64,000 nucleotides of DNA from the human T2T-CHM13v2.0 reference genome, Homo sapiens. Every line of letters begins with the position of its first letter. Position 1 is the stretch's first letter. The stretch lies in NCBI RefSeq assembly GCF_009914755.1, contig NC_060939.1. One strand, written 5' to 3'. The translations under genes and the position numbers were made by a program. The notes under the pieces were generated by a model that ran no database searches, was not told where the DNA came from, and worked only from the letters and a program-made list of their open reading frames with translations. Below, piece after piece: positions 51,467-64,000 of this stretch.

Positions 51467-53262
51467 ATATGTGTAATGTTACCCTCAAAACACTTTAGTT
51501 TGGCTCCTGCTGGGGGATAATGCAAAGCACAGTAGTACTAACTCTTTATGTTGTTTTCTCTGCGCCAGGCACTGTTCTGGACCCTGGGAGTAGCAGGGTT
51601 GGAATTTGAACGCAGGGGTCTGGTTCTAACCACCCTGCCTCTCTGTACAAGTAATCCCAGTGCAAAAGACAAAGCAAGATGTGTTCTAATAAAGGGGAGA
51701 TGAAGAACTATGAGAATTCAGAGGACCCAGTGATGGCTTCCAGCTGGGCATACCAGGGAAGGCTCTTTGTTAAACTTCACTTAGTGAACACCTATGGAGC
51801 TTTTATAGACAATACACATCCCTAAGCACTGGGGGAGTAAAGAAGCACATAAAACCAATGGGAAACATATAATTTGGTGGGAGAGAAAGAAAACAGACTC
51901 AACAAGCAAATGTCAAATGGCAGGTTGTGACACAAGCTACAAAGGAAACACAGGCTTCCTTGACGATAATACTCGGGGTGTGGTGGGGATTGGCACCTTG
52001 GTCAGGACAGCCTTGGAGGAGGCAGCTCTGAAACACTGAGCACTGTGAGACGAGGAGCCAGCCATGGGAGGAACTGTGGGGGATATTCTAGGTGCCAGAA
52101 TGAGCAAAAGCCTGGAGGCAGAAGGGTGTCTTGGTATTATATGTTTTAAATACCATCGGAAGCTAATATGGAAGGGACACAGGGAGCAAGGAGCAAGTGG
52201 CTAAAGATGAAGTTGCAGAGTAGATACGGGCCAGTTTCTAAGAACTTTCTAACCTAAAAGAACTTCCTGAAAGTGGCTGAATAGCCTGGAGGTAAGGACA
52301 AGAACATCCACTCCACGTGCAGCTGTGATGGACCAGGCTCTATACATGCTCTTCACACAGTGTTGTATTCAAACTTGCCTACGACTCACTTGGCAAGATA
52401 GGGAGCTGAGGATTGGGTTTTATTCCCAGTGTGTAGGGAAGCCACTGAAGGGTTTTAAGCAAGGAAGTAGCATGGCTGGATTGATATTGTAGAAAGATCC
52501 TGTGGGCTGCTGTGGGAATGGAGTGAATGTTTGCAAGGGAGGAATGGGGGGACCAATTACCTGACTACTGCAGTCACCTGGGCAAGAGAGAGAATGGAGA
52601 TTTGGCTAGAATGATGGCAGTGGACAGGAAGAGAGATGGATTTGAATTATATTTCAGAGGTGAGGCTGAGAGAAGATGTTGATGGATTAGATTAGGGTGG
52701 GGTAGGGAGAGGAAGGAAACGGATATATGCTCATTTTAAGTGACTCAAACAATTCAGAAAAGTATAATGAAGAAACCATTTAAAATCCTCTAAAATCCAC
52801 TTGCCCAGAGAGTACTATTAACTTGATGGAGACACCCTGCTAGACAGCTTTCTATCCCCAAACATAGGGAATAAATGGGCTCCTTCAGTTGAAAACCACA
52901 GAGATCCACTGAAGCTGACTTATGTACCAGATACTTTGTTTCGAGGACTTAGGGGTGTCTCCTGGAACTGCACACCAGTCAGCTTCATGAAGAACTGGAA
53001 GCAGTGCAGAAAGCCGGGAATACAGGGGCCTCTTTTTTCTCTCTGGGGCTTACCATCTACTTCTCCCTGCCTCCTCTAGTCTTCTCTTCTTTGGCTGACT
53101 GACCTTGGTGTGCACACTCCATGTGGCTGCCCTCCCTTGCTTTGTATTACTCCCCAACTCCAGCATCTAACAAGATGTGCTGATGGCCTTGAGTCACAGA
53201 TCCCATTTTCTGGGAGAGAAAATGGGATCCAGCACACTGACGATGAAGTGGTCCATTCTTTG

Positions 53263-53624
53263 TGTATTGGTCTGTTTTCACATTGCTATAAAAAACTATC
53301 TAAAACTAAGTAATTTATAAAGGAAAGAGGTTTAATTGACTCACAGTTCTGCATGGCAGGGGAGGCCTCAGGAAACTTACAGTCATGGTGGAAGGCAAAA
53401 GAGAAGCAAGGTATGTCTTACATGGTGGCAGGAGAGAGAAAACGAGCAGGGAACTGCCACATACTTTTAAACCATCAGATCCAGATCTCTTGAGAACTCA
53501 ATCACTATCATGAGAACAGCATGGGGGAAACCACCCTCATGATGCAATCACCTCCCACCAGCTTCCTCCCCTGATTACAATTTGACATGAGATTTGGGTG
53601 GGGACACAGAGTCAAACCATATGA
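53263..53624 (-). mobile_element. MaLR solo LTR (MSTA/THE1D-like)
   Basis: 5-bp TSD CTTTG; gaggtttaattgactcacagttctgcatggc. Confidence 0.9.
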
Positions 53625-54289
53625 CTTTGCAGGATGGAGAAAGGTCACTGGTACAGATGCAGGTAGGCTGTTTCCTTTGGTGGTGGGAAGATGAGGTGGC
53701 TCTCCTGGATGCTGCTTTTATTTCAAAGGAATGGGTGAGGTTGTCAGGTGTGAAGCTGAGAGTGGATTGGGGATGGGATGGGATGTTTTCTAAAAAACAA
53801 GAAGATATGAAATAATTTGTGTTTGAGAGTAGAGACATGAATGAGTGCTGATGGCCCACTTGAGGTTTGTGGTCATAAATGTAAAGAGAGATTAGTGGAC
53901 AGAGTTGTTTTCTTCCAGTCACATGTAGCTGCTCAGGTGAAGGGAATTTGCTCTGGCCATTTTTCAGGACAATATAATGAGGAAGAGAGGGGCCAGGAGT
54001 GGTTATTGTGTTAGAATCTAAAGGGATAATTAAGAAAGTGAGAAGATAAGTGAAGGGATAGGTAGTGAAAACATTAGGAACTCTGGCTGGGGTTGAAGAG
54101 TTATTGAGTCAGGATACTAGAGTGAGAGAGCTGGAAATATTGGAAGGGTTGGCCAAAGAGTGAGGTGGGGTGCTAAAAATGATGATTTTAAGGTGGTGAA
54201 GCAGTCATTGCTGACAGTCCAGGGCCTGACCATGGCAGCAGGAGACTGAGGCCATAATGAGTACAAGACAGCTGGAGAGGAAGAGATCA

Positions 54290-55125
54290 GGAGTCTGGGC
54301 AGCCAGCCTCCTACCTGGCCCTAGTGGTTCTCATGAGGTGTATTCACTCCCCTTGACTAGTCCCTCCTGTGCTCATTGGGGCTGGCATGTGTAATAATAA
54401 CTGTATGTCTTCTGAGGCTGTGTTCTAAAAGACATTGCAGCTTCTGTCTTTGTTCTCTTGGATTGTCTCAGGGAAGCCAGCCACCATGCCATGAGGACAC
54501 TCAAGCAGCCCTGTGGAGAGACCTACCTAGTTAACCAACCAGCACGAATTTGTCAGGCATGTGAGGGAGCCACGTTGGAAGCTAATCCTCCAGCCCCAGT
54601 CAAGCCTTCGGATGATTGTGGCAGCCCCAGGAGATAGGCTACAGCAGCATCAGAGACTCTCAGCCAGAGTCATCTGTCTCTGGCTCCCCAAAGCCTGCCC
54701 ATAGAAACTGTATGAGATCATAAGTGCTTATTGAGTTGTTTTGTTAATTTGGTTTTTGTTTGTTGTTGTCATTGTTGAAACAGAGTCTTGCTGTCATCCA
54801 GGCTGGAGTGCAGTGGTGCGACCTTAGCTTACTGCAACCTCCACTTCCTGGGTTCAAGCGATTCCCCTGCCTAAGCCTCCCTGCTTCAGCTGGGATTACA
54901 GGCATGCACCACCACACCCAGCTAATTTTTTTTGTTTTGTTTTGTTTGTTTGTTTGTTTAGTACAGACAGGGTTTCATCATGTTGGCCAGGCTGGTCTCG
55001 TACTCCTAACCTCAAGTGATCAACCTGTCTTGGCCTCCCAAAGTGCTGGGATTACAGGCGTGAGCCACTGTTCCCAGCCTATTTTGTTAATTTGTGATTT
55101 GTTACACAATAGATAAGTAATACAG
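54290..55125 (+). mobile_element. MLT1F-like LTR interrupted by an Alu (54745-55079, minus)
   Basis: gccaccatgccatgaggacactcaagcagccctgtggagag...ttacacaatagataagtaataca. Confidence 0.7.
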
Positions 55126-55801
55126 AACCTGAAAATCTAGGATGTTGGATGGGTTTTTGATACCGGAGTTGGTTGAAATCACAAAATGGTGAGTACTGCT
55201 GATGGTGAGAGAGGCTAAGAGCCAGCATCTAAAATCTTCAGGGAGTAAGGGAGATTATCCAGGAGGCTTCAGTGAGAACAGTGAGTGGTATAGCCTAAGG
55301 ACACGAACTTCAAGGGAACAGAATTTTGTAGAGAAAAGGAAGGATAATTAGTCTAGAAAAGGCAGTGTACAGCCAGGAGGGTACCTACCCCTCCTCCAGG
55401 TCTGTAGTATATGGGGTGTAGGAGAAAAACCAGCCCCTGCTTTAAAGGGCCACAAAAAAGCAACGTCCTCAGGCACAACCAGATTTTAGTGAAAGCAGGA
55501 AGGGGAAATGAATGTTTGGAGGAGAGGTTGAGGATTGAGGACATTTTCCTGAGGGTGGACCATGAATTTCAGGGTCACAGTGGAAGAATGGAGGAAGTAG
55601 GGAAGGGTGGGAAACTGGTTAGATTAAGGGATGTGATAAGAGTCTGGGTGATGATGGATTACCTCAGAGTCTTGGATATGGGGCGGCTATTGAGATAAAT
55701 AGGGATGTGAGGCATGCGGGTGAGTCTGGAGGGTCTCAGAGAGGAAAATGGGTAATTAGTTTCTTCTCAGGGTTCATGCTTTATGCAGTTTCCAATGGTG
55801 A

Positions 55802-56579
<778 letters not shown>

Positions 56580-57805
56580 TGTTGGATCCTTTTATCTTTT
56601 TCTTATTGCTTTATAAATGATTTATATATTCTGGCTACAAGCCCTTTGTCAGTTCTATGTGTTGTAAATAGCTTCTCCCATTTCATGACTTGCATTTTCA
56701 CTATCTTAATGCTGTCTTGAAAAACAGAAGCTCCAATTTACCAATCTTTTCCTTTATAATTAGGGCTTTTGTATATCTTGACCAAGAAATCTTTCTTTAC
56801 TCCAAAGTCTGAAAAACATTCTGGTATATTATATTCTAAAAGTTTTATTGGTTTGCCTTTCATATTTAGACTGTAATACATCTGGAATTTATTATTCTGT
56901 GTAGTGTGAAATAAAGGTAATTTTCATTTTTCCTGTATAAATATCTAGTTGACCTAGTACCATGTACTGAAAAGACTTTCCTTTCCCTACTGCAGTACAG
57001 TGCCACCTTTGTGGTATATCATATGACAACAAGTTCATGTATCTGATTCTGGGCTTTCAATCTGTTCTGTGGTCTATTTGTTTGTTCTTGTTCCAATACT
57101 ACACTGTTTTAATTACCATGGCTTCATGAGTCTTGTTAATTGTTTGTAACTCCTCCCATTTTGTTCGTCTTCTTTAATAATGTCTTGATTATTTTAGGCT
57201 CTCTGAATTTTCAGATACATTTTAGAATCAGTTTGAAAATCTTGGCTTGGCATGGAGGCTCATGCCTGTAATCCCAGCACGTTGGGAGGGTGAGGCGGGA
57301 AGATTGCTTGAACCCAGGAGATTGAGACCAGCCTGGGCAACATAGTGACACCCCATCTCTACAAAAAATATAACAATTAGCCAGGTGTGGTGGCACATGC
57401 CTGTGGTCCCAGCTACTCAGGAGGCTGAGGTGGGAGGATTACATGAGCCTGAAGGTCGAGGTTGCAACGAGCTGTGATTGGGCCACTGCACTCCAGCCTG
57501 GGTGACAGGGCAAGACCCTGTCTCAAAAAAGAAAAAAGAAAAAAAGAAAATCTCCACAATAACAGCCTATTAAGATTGGCACTGGGGTTGCATTGGCCCT
57601 GTAAATTGATTGGGGGAGAACTGACCTCTTTATGTTATTCAGTAGCCAATCCATGAATATCCAGTCCATAAACATCCTACATCTTTTTGTGTAGAAATGT
57701 AAGTGATGTTTGTAAATTGATTTTATACCTAGCGTCCTTGCTAAATTCACTTATTAATTCTAATAATGACAGTTTTGTTTCTTTCTATCCAGGCCTCATA
57801 TCTCT

Positions 57806-57853
<48 letters not shown>

Positions 57854-59300
57854 TTTTGCCTTATTATACTAGCTATGACCTCTGGTACAATGTCTTAAGT
57901 AGCTTTATTCATGGTCGCAAAGGGAACACTTTCAACATTTCACTGGTAAGATTGATATTTGGAAGCCGAGGATAGCCTGTAGTCTCAGCTACTTGCAGCC
58001 ACTTGGGAGGGTGAGACGGGAGAATTGCTTGAGCCCAGGAAGCAAAGGTTGCAGTGAGCCAAGATTGCCCTACTGTGCTCCAGCCTGGGGGACAGAGTGA
58101 GACAAAACAAAAAATTTATTGGCTGACATTTTTCTTACTTCCTGAGGTATATGCTTAGGTAATTGATTTTCAGCCTTTCTTGTTTTGGGATATATGTGTT
58201 TATAAGTCTATACATTTCTCTCTAAGCACAGGAAGTTCTGATATGTCATACTTTCATTATCATTCATCTCAAAATATTTTCTGATTTCCACCATAACTTG
58301 TTCTTTAACCATCCTGGTTCAATTAAGAAGCATTCTTAGGCCATGCGTAGTGGCTCATGCCTATAATCCCAGCACTTTGGGAGGCCAAGAATCACTTGAA
58401 GCCAGGAGTTTGAGACCAATCTGGTCAACATGGCGAAACCCTGTCTCCACCAAAAATACAAAAATTAGCTGGATGTGGTGGTGCAGCCTGTAATCCTAGC
58501 TACTCAGGAGGCTGAGGAATGAGGACTGTTTGAACCTGGAAGGCGGAGGTTGCAGTGAGCCGGGATTGCACCACTGCACTCCAGCCTGGGCCACAGAGCG
58601 AGACTCTGTCTCAAAAAAAAAAAAAAAAAGAAGAAGCATTCTTAGTTTCCAGATACATGAGAGTATTCCAATTTCCTTTTTGTTATTAGTTTCTAGCTTA
58701 ATTGAAGTGTAGTCAAATTTACTCCTTATGATTTCAATGTTTTAGAGGTTGTTAAGACTTATTTTATTGCGTAGCATGTAGTAAATTTTAATAAATGTTC
58801 TTTGTATTCAATTACATGATTCCATCTTGTTTATTGGGTGCAGTGTTCTACAGTTGTCAATAAGGTCAAGTTTGCTAATCATATGCAAATTTTCTATATC
58901 CTTCTAACTTTTGACAGCTTGTTCTATCACTTAAGGAGAGAAGTGTTTTAAAGTAAGCCTGTGTGAATATGTCTTTTCTCCTTTTTGTTTCTATTTTTGC
59001 TTTATGTACTTTGAGGCTAAATATTGAGTATAAATAAAGTTAGATGTATTTTATCTTTCTAGAATCAAATTTTTTTTTATTATGGAATGTTCCTCTTTAT
59101 TTAGTAATGCTTTTTTGCTTTGAAGACAATTTTGTCAGTTTTAACTTTCAAACTTTCTGTATTCTTATATCTTACAGTTGTTTCTTGTAAACATACAGTA
59201 GGGCTTTGTTGTTTTTTATATAGCCTGACAATCTTTGTCATTTAATTGGAGCATTTAGTCCATTTACATTTAATATAATGTAAATGGTCATTGATTTTTC
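56580..59300 (-). mobile_element. Degenerate L1M body with plus-strand Alus at 57244-57545, 57968-58113 and 58339-58629
   Basis: Antisense L1 motifs such as tactacactgttttaattacc and ttgctaaattcacttattaattctaat. Confidence 0.75.
57809..57857. repeat. (AT)n followed by a poly-T microsatellite
   Basis: About 14 AT units followed by a run of about 22 T. Confidence 0.95.
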
Positions 59301-59560
59301 ATCACTTTTTGTTAGTTATTATTTTTATTTAATTCTAACATTAATTATTTGCTTGCAACTTGTTCCTCTGTTTTATGTTCTTTCCCCCCCATTCCTTCTT
59401 CTCTTCCTTTGAAATGGCTTTTAAAACTGTTAATAGAACTATAATGTATGTACAGAAAAAGGCCTAAATCTTAAGTGCATACCTTGATGAACTTCATCAA
59501 GTTAGCTTCATAAGCTGAGCAGACATAAAAGACCACATAAACTGAGCACATGTGTATAAC

Positions 59561-60383
59561 TGAGGCAGGAGAATAGGGAATTAAGGTAGCCAAGGATTGG
59601 GTAATAAGCAAAGCAGTTAGGTTGGAGCATAAGCAAAGGAGTAGCAGGTGCAGCCAGTTCACAGAAGCAAGAAAACAGCAGGTGCAGCCAGTTCTAGGCA
59701 AGATTGGGCAGCATACAGGCCACCTCTTTACTCCTGTGATAAGACAGAAGTTTCCACTTCGGCCTCTGATTGACTGGTCCAAGCCTCCACTTTAGCCTCT
59801 GAATAGTCACAGGGCAATCCTTTATAGGTTGTAACCAATTGGAGGCCTCTAAAAGCACCTAGGGGTGTTGCCAAAGTCCTTTGGCTTCATAAAAACCCCG
59901 GGGAGCATTGCGGTGAAGAAGCGCTTGAGCTGCTTGTTTGAGCTTTCTCCCGCTCTGTGAGTTGTACTTTCGCTTCTTCGATAAATCTGTGCCTTTATTA
60001 CTCTGTTCTTTTGTTGTTTTGTTTGTGCATTTGTTGCTTCTTTTGTTGCTTTGTGTGTTTTGTTTACTCTTTGCACAACACACCAAGAACCTGGACAACT
60101 CACAGTCAAGACCTTCTATCCAGTAACATACTTTGGTGGGCCAGCCAGAAGGTAAGCCCAAATTTTGGGATTTGTTTTTCCTTTTCTTTGTCAAAGCTGT
60201 CATTTGTGGGCATGAGTTGAACAGATAAAAGCCAGTAGGGTGCCCGTCGCTTGAAGTCTTCTGTGACAGGATAACTTGGTCATAGAACAGGACACTTAGG
60301 TCCTGCTGAGATCAAGACAAATTCGTGCAACAGACAGGTTTTTGTTTGTACGGCAAAATGTCTTTGAGGAGGTTAGACCCCTC
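59561..60383 (+). mobile_element. ERV1 5' LTR (MER51-like, 59561-60128) with PBS-like sequence and the start of the internal leader
   Basis: TGAGGCAGGAGAATAGGG...CCAGTAACA, then tactttggtgggccagccag and the donor-like aaggtaag. Confidence 0.75.
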
Positions 60384-61850
<1,467 letters not shown>

Positions 61851-61910
61851 ATATTATTGCATGTTTGTTACTTTTCATAGCTGTGTAGAAATTCTTCGTG
61901 TGCATATACT

Positions 61911-62009
61911 ATACTATGTATATGTATACATGGTATGCATATACTATGTATATGTATGCATGGTATGCATATACTATGTATATGTATGCATGGTATGCAT
62001 ATACTATGT
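61911..62009 (+). repeat. 30-bp minisatellite, ~3.3 copies
   Basis: Unit atactatgtatatgtatgcatggtatgcat. Confidence 0.95.
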
Positions 62010-62410
62010 TTTATTTGTGCTACTATCAATGGGTATTTGATCGGTTTCCAGTTTGAGGTTATTATGAATAGTCTTCTGTGAACATTATATGTGTTTTGGG
62101 TGAATATTACAGATTTCTGTTTGGTATATACCTAAGAATTGCTAGGTTCATGGAATATTCTTGTTTTCAGCATTACTAGACACTAACAATTTTCCCATAA
62201 ATCAATTTAGACTCCCACCAGCAGTTACGCAGAGTTCTTTTTCCTCTACATCTTTGTAAATATTTGTTATTATCTGACTTTATTTCTTCATTTTAATCAA
62301 TTCTGGAGGTTGTGTGGAATATCTCATGATTTTAATTTATATTTCCTTCATAACTAATGAAGTTAATTACCTTTTCTGTGTTTATTGGCCATTTGGATAT
62401 GATTTGTTGA

Positions 62411-62726
<316 letters not shown>

Positions 62727-62851
62727 TAATAATTTATATGATTATTGTGAAGTGCTTGTTCAAATCTTTTGTCCAGTATTCCATTGTTTCGTCATTCTGT
62801 TATTGATTTGTGGGAGTTTTAAATGTATTCTTGCCACATGAATACAGACTT

Positions 62852-63705
62852 GTAACTGTAATAGATTTGTTGCCTGATGCATACAGCAAGTCAATATGCC
62901 AAGACACTGGCTTGCAGCAGAGAAAGAGGTTTAATCATAAGGTCACCAAAGGGCTTGGCGCAGTGGCAGCAGCCTGTAATCCCAGCACTTTGCAAGGCCA
63001 AGGCAGGCTGATCACTTGAGGCCAGGAGTTTGATACCAGCCTGGTCTACATAGCGAAACCACCTTTCTACTAAAAATACAAAAATTACCCTGGTGCCATG
63101 GTACGTGCCTATCATCCCAGCTACTTGAGAGGCTGAGGCAGGAGAATTGCTTGAACTCAAGAGGCAGAGGTGGCACTGAAATCACACCACTGCGTGCAAC
63201 TCCATCTCAAAAAAAAAAAAAGTTACCAAACGAGTTAACTTTGGGAGGAAACCTCAAATCCATCTCCCTGAAGGAGTTTGGGGGTAAAGTTTTTAAGGGT
63301 TTTGGAGTGGGCCAAAGTGTAGAGATTGTTGATTGGTCAAAGAGGCAGAGTGAAGACATACTGATCCCATTCCTCTGTGGGAGTCTTCTAACTGGTTGAT
63401 ATCAGCTGTTTTACTAGAACTTCAGGCAATCCTTAAACAAAAGCCTTATGATTCTAATGTCAGAGATCCTGTCATAGGAACAGTGGAGATGCAAATAAAT
63501 TATTAAACAGTTTTATGACCCTACTGTCAGAAATCCTGTCTATAGGAAGAACGGGGATATAAATGGTCAGGAGCTAGTGCTACGTGACTTTTAGCAACAA
63601 GGAAGTGAACCAAAGGTCAGCCTGATTAATGCTTAATTAGAACTATATTTCTATCCAGAACCCAGCATTCAATTCTTGTCAACCCTGTGGGGCAGTTTCA
63701 GCCTC
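62852..63705 (-). mobile_element. ERV1 LTR (MER4-group) interrupted by an Alu (62952-63221, plus)
   Basis: ttgcagcagagaaagaggtttaatc...cctcaaatccatctccctgaaggagtttgggg; Alu flanks aggtcaccaaa / agttaccaaa. Confidence 0.65.
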
Positions 63706-63740
63706 TGTTGTTGCAAATACCTTCTTATACTCGGTGGTTT

Positions 63741-63935
63741 TGTTATCGGAAAGGGGTCCTGATCCAGACCCCAAGAGAGGGTTCTTGGATCTTCTCCAAG
63801 AAAGAATTCAGGACGAGTCCATAGAGTAAAGTGAAAGCAAGTTAGAGAAGTAAGGAAACAAAAGAATGGGTACTCCATAGTCAGAGCAGCAGCATGGGCT
63901 GCTTGACTAAGTTATACTTACGGTTATTTCTTGAT
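63741..63935 (-). mobile_element. 3' end of an LTR10/LTR8-type ERV1 LTR, followed by an Alu at the window edge
   Basis: tgttatcggaaaggggtcctgatccagaccccaagagagggttcttggatc. Confidence 0.75.
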
Positions 63936-64000
63936 TTATTTACTTATTTATTGTTTTTTTTGAGACGTAGTCTTGCTCTTGTCCCCCAGGTTGGAGTGTG

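Overview
Human/primate euchromatic, mostly intergenic DNA. The one firmly identifiable gene is a full-length U6 snRNA on the minus strand (3775-3881) carrying its complete type-3 Pol III promoter (TATA, PSE, OCT, SPH). This promoter matches the widely used human U6 promoter, so this is the RNU6-1 locus; from memory it lies on 15q23 just downstream of SKOR1, which is not verified here. The first ~5 kb is non-repetitive and regulatory-looking: a TAATTA homeodomain cluster, a GATA/octamer/homeobox module, CpG patches and a U6-upstream CpG island. The remaining ~59 kb is dominated by transposable elements: ~55 Alus or Alu fragments, MaLR and ERV1 LTRs (several with intact TSDs), L1/L2/MIR relics, MADE1, MER2, MER58 and a probable hAT transposase relic. 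It also holds two orphan CpG islands, at ~27.2-27.75 kb (strong CTCF motif) and ~48.35-48.9 kb. No credible protein-coding ORF and no foreign or prokaryotic insert was seen, and I cannot support a claim of a wholly new biological system. The best leads are candidate cis-regulatory modules, a duplicated U6 terminator array, and a recurring set of short perfect hairpins and templated-insertion scars inside repeats. Repeat subfamily names are from memory of consensus sequences, and boundaries are approximate unless a TSD is cited.
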